Shown here: piece by piece, positions 28,203 to 37,589 of the stretch | Layout of the letters: each line of letters begins with the position of its first letter | Position numbering within the stretch: the stretch's first letter is position 1 | Assembly (NCBI GenBank): GCA_052173295.1 | Contig: JBQMYW010000004.1 | Location: forward strand, 3,511 to 67,510 | Length of the DNA: 64,000 nt | From: Treponema sp. | GTDB taxonomy: Bacteria > Spirochaetota > Spirochaetia > Treponematales > Treponemataceae | Reading direction: 5' to 3' | The notes under the pieces: generated by a model | Databases searched by the model: none | What the model was told of the DNA's origin: nothing | The model's input: only the letters and a program-made list of their open reading frames with translations | Translations under genes and position numbers: made by a program

Positions 28203-29917
28203 TGATCTCCTTTAAGAGCTGTTAGTGCTTCTGTATATTCATCATACTGCATTGTATGGTTTTGGTAAATAATAGAGTTTTCGTGTCCTTTACCCAACAG
28301 CAGTACGGTATCATTTTTTTCTGCAAGACTAAAGGCTTTCCGTATCGCTTTTCCGCGGTTAGGAATAAGAAATACGTCCTTGTTTCGTTCTTTTTCAGGA
28401 CAACCGGCAGCAATCATTTCTAAGATTGCCATGGAATCTTCTCCGCGAGGATCTTCATCGGTTAAAATAATACGGCTGCAATACAGTGCGGCAATCCGTC
28501 CTTGTTCAGGACGTTTTGCAGTGTCCCGCTCTCCGCCTGATCCGAAGACAGCAATAACACCCCCGCCTTTTTCTTGTGTCCGCTTGTAGATAGCGGGAAG
28601 AATCATCTGAAAAGAAGCAGGCGTATGTGCATAATCAATAAGCACTTCAAAAGGTTGCCCAGCTTGAACGCGGCTCATTCGTCCGCATACAGGCTGTAGT
28701 GCTGAAAGAGCTGACAGCAGTTCCGGATAAGAAGCACCGGTACACTGATGTACAGTAAGCACCGCTGCGGTCAGATTATAGATATTAAAAAGTCCGCTAA
28801 CCGGTGCTGCTGCCTCTTTTTTCTGCATAATGCCGTTCTCCGGATAGCAGAACGTAAAAGAAAGTCCCTGTTCACTTTCTACCGGATCGGCAGCAGAAAC
28901 AATACCGGCATACCGGTTTTCTTCGCCTATTGCTGCTTCTAATGCGGTGTCCGCCATAGTAACATCAACTGTATAATCAGCTGCCCCGCTGCCTGAATTA
29001 CCGGCAGCACAACATTCCGCCGAAAACCCATAAACAGGATATTTTGTTTGACGGGCAAAATAACCGGCTGAAAAATCCTGCATATTCACCACTGCAAACG
29101 GCTGTACTGAACAGGCGGTGTTTGCTGCAAGAGCACTCTCTTCCGCAATAGCAGTACCTGCCGCACAAACAGCACCGCCAATAGTTTTTATATGCGGGTG
29201 CGTATCAAGCAGCCGGAATAAATTTGCCTTATCATGCCGGTATTGTTCAAACGTTTTATGAAATTCCAAATGCTCCTGTGTAACATTCATACAAACTGCT
29301 GCATCAAAATAGACCTGATGCAAGCGGGCTGTTTTCGGGGAAAGCCCATGCGAAGAAGCTTCAACAACAGCGTGGGTGCAGCCGTTATCACGCATAGCGG
29401 CAAGCCGCTCCTGTACTGTAATCGATTCCGGTGTAGTTTGGTGAGCAGGGTTTGCAATAATTTCTTGCCCATAACAGTACGCAACAGTAGAAAAAAAACC
29501 GGCTTTTTTTCCTATCTGCCGTAAAAGCTGATAAATAAACGACACGGTACTTGTCTTTCCCTCTGTACCGGTAACCCCGATAATGATCATATTTTTTGAC
29601 GGATATTCAAAGAACGCTGCCGCTATTTCAGCCATAGCAATGCGTATATTCTTCACTTGCAAATAACAAATGCCCGCACAGTACGCAGCAAGCGGCTGTT
29701 CATGGATAACGGCAGCCGCTCCGGCATTAATTGCAGTATCAATAAATCTACTGCCATCTGTGTGTATTCCGGGCAGTGCAAAAAAAGCAGCTCCGGCAGC
29801 TACAGTGCGGGAATCATAGGACAAACTGTGTATTACCGCATCATCACCATAAACCGCGATAAGTTCTTCTTGCGGTAAACAGCGTATGATACTTTTTGAA
29901 TAGTTTTTTGTACACAT
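28199..29917 (-). CDS. murE: UDP-MurNAc-Ala-Glu amino acid ligase MurE
   Basis: YDSR, GVTGTEGKTS, TTPE, EASSHGL, DYAHTP, GSGGERD, TDEDPRGED, GKGHE. Confidence 0.95.
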   Translation of the reverse strand: MCTKNYSKSIIRCLPQEELIAVYGDDAVIHSLSYDSRTVAAGAAFFALPGIHTDGSRFIDTAINAGAAAVIHEQPLAAYCAGICYLQVKNIRIAMAEIAAAFFEYPSKNMIIIGVTGTEGKTSTVSFIYQLLRQIGKKAGFFSTVAYCYGQEIIANPAHQTTPESITVQERLAAMRDNGCTHAVVEASSHGLSPKTARLHQVYFDAAVCMNVTQEHLEFHKTFEQYRHDKANLFRLLDTHPHIKTIGGAVCAAGTAIAEESALAANTACSVQPFAVVNMQDFSAGYFARQTKYPVYGFSAECCAAGNSGSGAADYTVDVTMADTALEAAIGEENRYAGIVSAADPVESEQGLSFTFCYPENGIMQKKEAAAPVSGLFNIYNLTAAVLTVHQCTGASYPELLSALSALQPVCGRMSRVQAGQPFEVLIDYAHTPASFQMILPAIYKRTQEKGGGVIAVFGSGGERDTAKRPEQGRIAALYCSRIILTDEDPRGEDSMAILEMIAAGCPEKERNKDVFLIPNRGKAIRKAFSLAEKNDTVLLLGKGHENSIIYQNHTMQYDEYTEALTALKGDQ

Positions 29918-30011
29918 AGCTAAAAGTATATCAACAGATCAGCGGTGATACAAGCCGTATAATACCCCTAAGACCGGAGAAATGCTATGTTTTTAATTGA
30001 CGGATAGCCGG

Positions 30012-31223
30012 TTATTCACGATTATCAGTAGTATTGGACACTATATCTTCCAATAAGTAGTTGTCGAATAACATGGTTAGAAATTGCTGCATAAGATATT
30101 CACTGCCGGGAATGCTGTAATGAATGCCGTCACTTTGCATAAGCGGTAGAACCGTTTTATCATCCAAGTGAATGGTATTTACATACCCGCTTCCATATTT
30201 ACGGACAAAGTCTTGTAAAGAAACCCGTATAACACTGTTACTGCTGTACTCTTCTGCAGTTTTACTTTGCAGCGAATCGAGATACTGTATTTTTTCATCA
30301 TACTCTGCTGAGCGTACTGCCGGAAGTCCAAGCCAGTACAGACGAGGAACACTGTGTAATACCGCAGCAATATGGCGGTGCATTTTTGTACGGTAAAAAT
30401 TTTCCCATTCGGGAGAGCCGGCATATAGCACAACACCTTTTTCAGTTATTGTATCTTGATAATCATTCATACCGAGAATCATCACTGCTGCATGAAACGG
30501 TTTTTGCTGTTCAGTACCGGCAAGCACCGCCTCCAGTTTCTTAGGCCAGTTGTAATAATCTGATCGGAGAAAACCGGAAGAATGAATACTTATTTCTTCA
30601 ATGACAATACGGGGATCAGCACCGAGTGCCCGCTTCATGCCGGAAGCAATAAAGTGCATTTGAGAATCTCCAAAAAACAGCAGCCGCAGCGGGTGTTCAG
30701 CAGAAAACGGAATAATTTTTTGCTCAACATAATAGGGAAGTTTTTGCTGTTTTTCTGAAACAGAGATAGTACCTACCGAGCGGTGTTCTGCAACACCGCC
30801 TGCATATACCGGAGCGGTTATACCGATTTCGCCGAAGGCTCCCTCATTACGGTATGATTGTTCCGCTTGCAGTGCCGTAGTATCAATTTCTGCCGAGGGG
30901 TCTCCGGCAGCTGTGTAAAAAAAGCTATCCCATGCTGCTTCGTGTACAAGACCGGAATGCTGCAAAAATGCTGTCCGCAGTGCCGGTATGATAACAGACG
31001 TAGGAAACTGCATTCCGGCTGCGGCAAGCGGCTCAGCAAGTGCGGTATAGATATTCCGCAATGAGTGATTTTGAATGCTGTGAGCAGGATGTACAATCCG
31101 GTTTCCAAGAAAAGGGATAAGTCCGATAATAACGAACAATACGAATAACAGCACACGGTTTGGGGTGCAGTTTCCCGGTACAGTGCGGTACAGTTCCTCT
31201 TGAGTAGTATCCGGTATCTTCAT
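30012..31223 (-). CDS. SGNH/GDSL hydrolase-fold protein (DUF459-like), putative O-acetyltransferase partner
   Basis: N-terminal TM segment; blocks FGDSQ, SSG, GMND, DGIH. Confidence 0.82.
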   Translation of the reverse strand: MKIPDTTQEELYRTVPGNCTPNRVLLFVLFVIIGLIPFLGNRIVHPAHSIQNHSLRNIYTALAEPLAAAGMQFPTSVIIPALRTAFLQHSGLVHEAAWDSFFYTAAGDPSAEIDTTALQAEQSYRNEGAFGEIGITAPVYAGGVAEHRSVGTISVSEKQQKLPYYVEQKIIPFSAEHPLRLLFFGDSQMHFIASGMKRALGADPRIVIEEISIHSSGFLRSDYYNWPKKLEAVLAGTEQQKPFHAAVMILGMNDYQDTITEKGVVLYAGSPEWENFYRTKMHRHIAAVLHSVPRLYWLGLPAVRSAEYDEKIQYLDSLQSKTAEEYSSNSVIRVSLQDFVRKYGSGYVNTIHLDDKTVLPLMQSDGIHYSIPGSEYLMQQFLTMLFDNYLLEDIVSNTTDNRE

Positions 31224-31243
31224 ACAATAATCCTTTTAGGTCC

Positions 31244-32794
31244 TTAAAACTGAAAATAAATAAACGGCGGAATACCGGACATAGATACAATATTAAGACT
31301 AATAAAACAGACTATAGTTATCCCAACCTTTACCGCAAAAGGTAATGCAGTATACCGCTTAAAAAACATCTCTCGGACCGCCTCATTCGGTACTTGCAGC
31401 AATGCAGCTGCAAATAGTACAACAGCAGTAAACGGGTGAACAGTGCCAAACGGTACTGTAAGGTTTTTCAGTGAATGTACAAACAAATAAAGCTCCTGCA
31501 ATGAAGCAGAGCGGAACACCAGCCAGCTGATATTAATAAAGCAAAACACGGCAGCTGTACGGAACAGCTGCAGGACAACCAAACCATATCTCCGCTGCAT
31601 CTGTGCCGGGACTACCTGTTCTTCTGTTACCATATTCAGCGGTTCTGTAAGGGCGGCTCCGATCGGGTTTTGTGCAGAATGTTTTTGCCGCTCTTTTTTT
31701 ACCACAGTAAAAATTCTTTCAGCGGCACAGGCAATGCCCTGCAGACCTCCCCAGAGTAAAAACGTTATTTCATTACCATGCCAAATACCGGCAATCAGCA
31801 TTGTGCCGACTAAGGCGAGTACCGTCCGCCGTAAGCCGAAACGCGAGCCGCCGAAAGAAAAATATACATAATCGCGCAGCCATGACGAAAAACTGATATG
31901 CCACCGCCGCCAAAAATCACTTATAGAGCGGGCTGTATACGGGCGGTTAAAATTAGCCGGAGTATGAAACCCAAGCAGCAAACCAATTCCTACCGCCATA
32001 TCACTATAGCCCGAAAAATCACAATAAATCACAAATGTATATGAAATCAACCCTACGATCAATTCAATAGTATTGCACTGTGCAGGATTTGCAAAAACCG
32101 GCTCTACCGCAAGAGCTGATAAAAACCCTGCAAGTATCATTTTTTTATACAATCCTGCAAGGATAAACAGCATACTGCGGTCAAACTCTATCGGCTTTGC
32201 AGCAGGGTGAGGATCTCTGCTCAAGTTTTCGGGCAGGGCTTTAAAAAATGGTTCAGCCTGCACAATAGGACCTGCAAGCAACTGGGGAAAAAATGAAATG
32301 TACAGCAGCAGCTCGGTAAAAGGTTTTACCGGCCGCATCTTACACAAATAAATATCAAACACATAGCTTAATGCACGGAACGTATAATACGAAATACCCA
32401 CCGGTAAAAGCAAGGAATATGCTTGCAGCTGATGTAAAAACAGCGAATCCGCTTGTCCTGCCCCCACAGTATCAAGCAAGCGTATCGCTGTATCTGATAG
32501 CTGATAAAAATACTTGAAAAAAGCAAGAATACTAATATGACAAAATATTGCAATAATCAGCGTTATTTTCCGCGGCAGATAGTTTTTTTGTACTCCCAGC
32601 AGATAGCCGAAGCCTCCCGCAAGTACAGAAACAAAAAACAGCAATATACAAAACCGCCAATCCCATGCGGCATAGAAGATATAGCTTGCACATACCAGCA
32701 GTATACACCGCTGGCGTTTTAAGCGGAACACATACCAGTACAGAAAAAATACGAGAAAAAAGAAGAGTGCAAACTTGAGTGTCGGAAAGAGCAT
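31244..32794 (-). CDS. MBOAT O-acyltransferase (AlgI/PatA-like)
   Basis: LPVGISYYTF, FFPQLLAGPI, DFSGYSDMA, NFNRPY, FWRRWHISFSSWLRDY, GIWHG, C-terminal FIYFQF. Confidence 0.93.
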   Translation of the reverse strand: MLFPTLKFALFFFLVFFLYWYVFRLKRQRCILLVCASYIFYAAWDWRFCILLFFVSVLAGGFGYLLGVQKNYLPRKITLIIAIFCHISILAFFKYFYQLSDTAIRLLDTVGAGQADSLFLHQLQAYSLLLPVGISYYTFRALSYVFDIYLCKMRPVKPFTELLLYISFFPQLLAGPIVQAEPFFKALPENLSRDPHPAAKPIEFDRSMLFILAGLYKKMILAGFLSALAVEPVFANPAQCNTIELIVGLISYTFVIYCDFSGYSDMAVGIGLLLGFHTPANFNRPYTARSISDFWRRWHISFSSWLRDYVYFSFGGSRFGLRRTVLALVGTMLIAGIWHGNEITFLLWGGLQGIACAAERIFTVVKKERQKHSAQNPIGAALTEPLNMVTEEQVVPAQMQRRYGLVVLQLFRTAAVFCFINISWLVFRSASLQELYLFVHSLKNLTVPFGTVHPFTAVVLFAAALLQVPNEAVREMFFKRYTALPFAVKVGITIVCFISLNIVSMSGIPPFIYFQF

Positions 32795-32802
32795 CTCATT
32801 GG

Positions 32803-33423
32803 TTAGGGAAGAGATGCAGGTTTGTTTGCCATTTTCCGCTGAATATCTGCCGCACGGTTAGGAGGCATAAGCGAGAACCAATAGGCAACAGAAGAGGTGC
32901 TATTCGATTTTTTCGCCATTTCCTCAACAGCCCGAAGTACATCAATAATATCTTGATCATCCATTGCAAGTAAGTTTGCTACAGACTTTTCAGGCGGCAT
33001 ACCATTAATATAGTTTGCAATCTGCATGATATTTGCAGCTCTATCCTCTGTTTCAAGCAGTAACTGCTTAAAAGACTTTTCTTTTTCTTCGATAATTGCC
33101 AAACGGTCATCCAGTTCTTGAGAAATCTGTGCAACTTCTTTTTCCCGTTCGGTTAGCTCTGCATCTTTTTTGTCTTGTTCTTGTGAACGGATATCAAGTG
33201 CTTGCAGCCGTTTTGTATACCGATCAGCATCTAAATCGCCTTGCTCATCAGACGGTGTTGCAATACCGGTAGGAGCTTGCAAGCCGAACAAAGAATACAC
33301 GGGGGCAAAAACACTGCGTGCATTTATTAAATCAAGATAGCTAAACCAAAAAAGTCCGCCGAATATCAATATTATTATCAATAAGAGTAATACAATAACC
33401 CGTCCAAAAGACATTTTCCGCAT
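32803..33423 (-). CDS. flbB: Periplasmic flagellar collar protein FlbB
   Basis: N-terminal TM segment, coiled coil, then MPPEKSVANLLAMDDQDIIDVLR...VAYWFSLMPPNRAA. GGAGG SD before ATG 33423. Confidence 0.8.
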   Translation of the reverse strand: MRKMSFGRVIVLLLLIIILIFGGLFWFSYLDLINARSVFAPVYSLFGLQAPTGIATPSDEQGDLDADRYTKRLQALDIRSQEQDKKDAELTEREKEVAQISQELDDRLAIIEEKEKSFKQLLLETEDRAANIMQIANYINGMPPEKSVANLLAMDDQDIIDVLRAVEEMAKKSNSTSSVAYWFSLMPPNRAADIQRKMANKPASLP

Positions 33424-33461
33424 AATTCCATTCCTCCCTCTTTCGACCTGCTCTCTTCCTA

Positions 33462-33488
33462 ATATCGGCAAAAATATAGACGATATGA
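33462..33488 (-). promoter_or_regulatory. Putative sigma-28 promoter of flbB
   Basis: Minus strand TCAT-N15-GCCGATAT, about 40 nt upstream of flbB. Confidence 0.6.
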
Positions 33489-33572
33489 AGCAGCATTCCA
33501 GTTCCCATTAAGCTTATTTGCGATGTATTTCTATAAAATATTACAGTATAATACTCTATAAAAATACTCGGC

Positions 33573-33613
33573 GGGCAGCTCTAAAAATCTAACTGAGTTT
33601 TTAGATCTCCCTA
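33573..33613. repeat. REP-like palindrome, family B, supplying the hflC stop codon
   Basis: Minus strand TAGGGAGATCTAAAAACTCAGTTAGATTTTTAGAGCTGCCC. Its first TAG is the hflC stop. Confidence 0.7.
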
Positions 33614-34600
33614 GTGTTTATACAAATACTGAAAATACTCCATATCAGTAGAAAGGATTTTTTCGGTATTCGGCAGTGTATTTTGATACACTTCAAGACT
33701 TTTCCAAAAACTATAAAATTCAGGTGATTTTCCATAAGAAGCCGCATAAACAGCAGTTGCCTGTGCATCGGCTTCACCTTTTATTTTTTCAGATTCAGAA
33801 TATGCCTTTGATAAAATGGTCTTTTTTTCATTTTCCAATTTACCCAGCCATTCTGCTTTCTTGCCCTCTCCAATTGAGCGGAACGTTTGTGCTATTTGGT
33901 TCCGCTCTTTTATCATTCTATTATGAACAGACGTTTGCAATTCGTCAGAATATTTTATTTCTTTAAAAATAATATCAATAACTTCGATACCAAAATCTTT
34001 GAGCTGACTATTGACTTTCCGGAGAATTTCACTTGCAAGAGTATCCCGCCCTTTTGTAATTTCCGGATACACAACTTTTTCACTACCGGTAACATCTTCA
34101 AGACTCACCTCTTCAGCAGCTAATCCGAATTCTTCTTTATGAATAGCAGAATTTATATTATTTGAACTCCGTACAACATTGTCAAGACTATTCACGGTAA
34201 TAATATCCCGTACTGATGAATCAATAATATCGGACAATCGGGAGTATGCTCCCTGATAGGTTACAAGCGATTGGTAAAATTGGCGAATATCCGAAATCCG
34301 CCAGCGGCTTGTAGTATTTACCTGTATGAATTGTTTTTCTTTTGTGAGAATCTTTTGAGGATCGCCGTCAATACGGAGCAACTTTGCAGTGTACTTATGC
34401 ACCTGATGCAGTATCGGCATTTTTAGATGAATACCGGCTGCTGTTTCTGTGGTAATAATTTCACCAAATTGGGTAATAATTGCGGTCTGTCCCTCATTCA
34501 GAATATAAAAAGGCTTGAGTAAAACAATACCGGCAATAAGGATAGTAAAAATAATAAGCGGTTTTACTATTGGAGCAAATGAATCGGGTTTCTTACTCAC
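33611..34600 (-). CDS. hflC: FtsH modulator HflC
   Basis: SPFH domain, RMIKERNQIA, GEADAQA, PEFYSFWKSL. Confidence 0.94.
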   Translation of the reverse strand: MSKKPDSFAPIVKPLIIFTILIAGIVLLKPFYILNEGQTAIITQFGEIITTETAAGIHLKMPILHQVHKYTAKLLRIDGDPQKILTKEKQFIQVNTTSRWRISDIRQFYQSLVTYQGAYSRLSDIIDSSVRDIITVNSLDNVVRSSNNINSAIHKEEFGLAAEEVSLEDVTGSEKVVYPEITKGRDTLASEILRKVNSQLKDFGIEVIDIIFKEIKYSDELQTSVHNRMIKERNQIAQTFRSIGEGKKAEWLGKLENEKKTILSKAYSESEKIKGEADAQATAVYAASYGKSPEFYSFWKSLEVYQNTLPNTEKILSTDMEYFQYLYKH

Positions 34601-35534
34601 GGTGTCCTCCTGTAAAATCCTTTAACGGCAAAAAGTTCTTTAAATTCTTATCAACAATAATCAATTTATCGGTATTTGTAAAAATGGAGTCGAGTGTTTC
34701 CAAGTAGAGGCGGCGTTTAGTAATGTCAGGAGCTTTGCTATACTCCGCATACACTGCATTAAAACGGGCAATGTCCCCCTCTGCCTTGTTAATACGCTCT
34801 GCAGCATACCCTCTTGCTTCTTGAATAAGTTTGTCTGCTTCGCCTTTTGCACGGGGAATTTGCTTGTTGTATGCTTCTTTGCCCTCGTTGATCATGCGGT
34901 TCATATCTTGGATAGCAATGTTGACATCTTCAAATGCCTGCTGCACTTCTTCCGGCGGCACCACATTTTGAAGCTGCACCGATGAAACTGAAATTCCCAA
35001 TCCAAGCTGTTTGTACCGTTCGTTCATAAGATCGGGAGCAGCATATTGAATACTATCCCGCTCTGATCCCATTATATCCATTATTGCCCTATCGCCTATT
35101 AAGCTGTTAATAACGGCAGCAGACACATCACGGATAGTATTAATCCGCTCAGATTCTTCTACATTAAAAAGCCATGCTTTAGGATCAACTATTTTGTATT
35201 GCACTGTCCATTCTACATTGATAATATTAAGATCGCCTGTCAGCATGGAAGATTCCGTTAAAATATTATTGCGGTATTGATTCTGATTACCGGTACGGGT
35301 AGTCCTAAACCCGAATTCTTCCTTTTGTACTGTAGTAACCGGTATGTGATGGACTTTTTCGATAAACGGAATAATCATTTGTAATCCGGCTTCAAGTGTC
35401 CGGTTGTATTTTCCTAAGCGGGTAACCACTCCATTATCAGTAGTTGAAATAACAGTAAAGCTGGAAAATACTACAATACCAAGAAAAAAAATACAAATGC
35501 CGATAATCACCGATGATAGTTTTACTGGTCTCAT
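34593..35534 (-). CDS. hflK: FtsH modulator HflK
   Basis: MLTGDLNI, PPEEVQQAFEDV, IPRAKGEA, TKRRLYLETL. Confidence 0.94.
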   Translation of the reverse strand: MRPVKLSSVIIGICIFFLGIVVFSSFTVISTTDNGVVTRLGKYNRTLEAGLQMIIPFIEKVHHIPVTTVQKEEFGFRTTRTGNQNQYRNNILTESSMLTGDLNIINVEWTVQYKIVDPKAWLFNVEESERINTIRDVSAAVINSLIGDRAIMDIMGSERDSIQYAAPDLMNERYKQLGLGISVSSVQLQNVVPPEEVQQAFEDVNIAIQDMNRMINEGKEAYNKQIPRAKGEADKLIQEARGYAAERINKAEGDIARFNAVYAEYSKAPDITKRRLYLETLDSIFTNTDKLIIVDKNLKNFLPLKDFTGGHRE

Positions 35535-35549
35535 GCACTGCCCCTCACT

Positions 35550-36503
35550 TTATATACAGTTTTGCGGAGTACCTGCAATAAACTGTTTAAAATTTTCAAC
35601 TGCAATCGCCAAAAGCCGCTGCCGTGCTTGGCGGGATTGCCATGCAATATGCGGCGTTATAATACAGTTCGGACAACCGAATAGCGGATTGTTCTGCTGC
35701 GGCGGTTCAGAAGCAAGAACATCAGCTGCATAACCGCCGATACGTTTGCTTTTTAACGCAGCTGCAACTGCCTGCTCATCAATGAGCTGACCGCGGGCTG
35801 TGTTAATAATAAGTACGTCATTTTTTACCAGGTTCAACGTTTCAGCGGTAATTAATCCGCTTGTTTCCGGTGTCAGCGGTGCATTCAAACTGATAATATC
35901 CGACTGACGGCACAGACTTTCTAAGTCAGTTTGCTGTGCTGCAGGAAGATGATCCGCCGTTTTAGGGGAGCGGTTTACATAGAGTATCTTCATTCCCATT
36001 GCCGTACCAATTTCCGCCACTTTTTGTCCTATGTTTCCATAGCCGATAATACCGAGTGTTTTTCCCGACAGCTCATAGACCGGAAATGAGGTATAGCAAA
36101 AATGCGGACTTTTGCTCCATACGCCTGCATGGACTTCATCGCTGTGTTCTTTTGCATGCCAGTAAAATTGTAAGATAAAAGCAAAAACAAGCTGTGCAAC
36201 ACTATCGGTACTGTATGCGGGAATATTGGTTACAGTAATTCCTGCTGCATGAGCAGCTTCTATATCAATGACGTTGAATCCGGTAGCAAGCACCCCGATA
36301 TACGTTAATTTTGGGAGCTGTTCAATAGTATCACGGAGAAGAGCTGTTTTATTCGTAAATACAGCCTCACAATCCTTTATCCGTTCATACAGTTCATGGG
36401 GGTACGTTTTATCATATATGGTAACATCTGCACAGGCTGTTAATGCCTTCCATGAAATATCTCCCGGATTAAGGGTATAGCCATCAAGAACTACTGCTTT
36501 CAT
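35550..36503 (-). CDS. D-2-hydroxyacid dehydrogenase (glycerate dehydrogenase-like)
   Basis: VLDGYTLNPGD, GIIGYGNIG, INTARG, DVLASEPP, TPHIAW. Confidence 0.9.
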   Translation of the reverse strand: MKAVVLDGYTLNPGDISWKALTACADVTIYDKTYPHELYERIKDCEAVFTNKTALLRDTIEQLPKLTYIGVLATGFNVIDIEAAHAAGITVTNIPAYSTDSVAQLVFAFILQFYWHAKEHSDEVHAGVWSKSPHFCYTSFPVYELSGKTLGIIGYGNIGQKVAEIGTAMGMKILYVNRSPKTADHLPAAQQTDLESLCRQSDIISLNAPLTPETSGLITAETLNLVKNDVLIINTARGQLIDEQAVAAALKSKRIGGYAADVLASEPPQQNNPLFGCPNCIITPHIAWQSRQARQRLLAIAVENFKQFIAGTPQNCI

Positions 36504-36533
36504 TGTATAATCTTCTCCGATTAAAGGTTCAAT

Positions 36534-36582
36534 TATAAGGCATACTCAAAAACCTTCGCAAGTTTTTAGAAAACACCCTATA
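36534..36582. repeat. Degenerate family B palindrome
   Basis: TATAAGGCATACTCAAAAAC-CTTCGCAA-GTTTTTAGAAAACACCCTATA. Confidence 0.5.
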
Positions 36583-36647
36583 GTTATGCTATAAAGGGAA
36601 GTATAATAGAAGAATATTTTTTTTTCAATCACTCAATAATTTTTAAC

Positions 36648-37577
36648 CTACTCTTTAATTTTCCATTTTCCATGCTGATGTACAAAACGCTTACCGGGAA
36701 CAGAAAGGCATCGACCGTCTTCTCCTGATAAGACAGCCATACCGGTAATAAGATTGATTTCTGTAATGCGGAACAGTGTAGTATCATAAAAAATAGTAGT
36801 ACCGATAGGCGGTAAATGCTTTTTTGCTTCGCTGTACCAGTCATGCTCATAAGCAAGGCAGCACAAAAGCCGCCCGCATTGTCCTGATATTTTTAGTGAA
36901 TTAAGCGAAAGGTTTTGTTCTTTTGCCATTTTAATTGAAACAGGACGCAGTTTATCAGTAATGCTATGGCAGCAAAAAGGACGGCCGCAACAGCCCAGTC
37001 CGCCCACAATTCTCGATTCATCACGAACACCTATTTGCCGAAGTTCAATACGGACATGCAAAATTGCAACTAAATCTTTTACCAGTTTTCGGAAATCTAT
37101 ACGGTTGTCGGCACTAAAAAAGAACAAAACCTTAGATTCTTTTAAAAGATAGTGGCAGCCGATAAGTTTCATATCTAATTTATGAGCAAGGACTTTTTCT
37201 TTGAATAACTGTGCAGCTGCTTTCTCTTTTACAGCATTTTCTTCAAGCATGATACTATCATCATCAGTTATTTTCCGTATAATACCTGCAATATCTTTCG
37301 GTGCTGTACCAATTGGTTTTTGTACAATTCCCATAACCTTTGCCACATCTTCACCGTATCGCGTTGGGACAACTACATAATCGCCTCCCTGAAAGGGTAT
37401 ACTATCATGGGTTGCATAAAAGGTTTCTTGAGAATACTCAAGTTTAAGCTGATACAATGGTTCAGGAAAAGTTCCGTCTCCTGGCTGTTCCTCTCCTACC
37501 GCTTCATCAGCATCCTCTAAGGAGCTTAATGCATCTATATCTTGATAATCTAAAAAATCATCCAGTTCATTATTCAT
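36648..37577 (-). CDS. RicT/YaaT (PSP1) family protein
   Basis: RIDFRKLVKDL, RIELRQIGVRDE, GCCGRPFCC, KMAKEQNLSLN, SGQCGRLLCCLAYE. Confidence 0.9.
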   Translation of the reverse strand: MNNELDDFLDYQDIDALSSLEDADEAVGEEQPGDGTFPEPLYQLKLEYSQETFYATHDSIPFQGGDYVVVPTRYGEDVAKVMGIVQKPIGTAPKDIAGIIRKITDDDSIMLEENAVKEKAAAQLFKEKVLAHKLDMKLIGCHYLLKESKVLFFFSADNRIDFRKLVKDLVAILHVRIELRQIGVRDESRIVGGLGCCGRPFCCHSITDKLRPVSIKMAKEQNLSLNSLKISGQCGRLLCCLAYEHDWYSEAKKHLPPIGTTIFYDTTLFRITEINLITGMAVLSGEDGRCLSVPGKRFVHQHGKWKIKE

Positions 37578-37589
37578 TGCTATTCCTTG

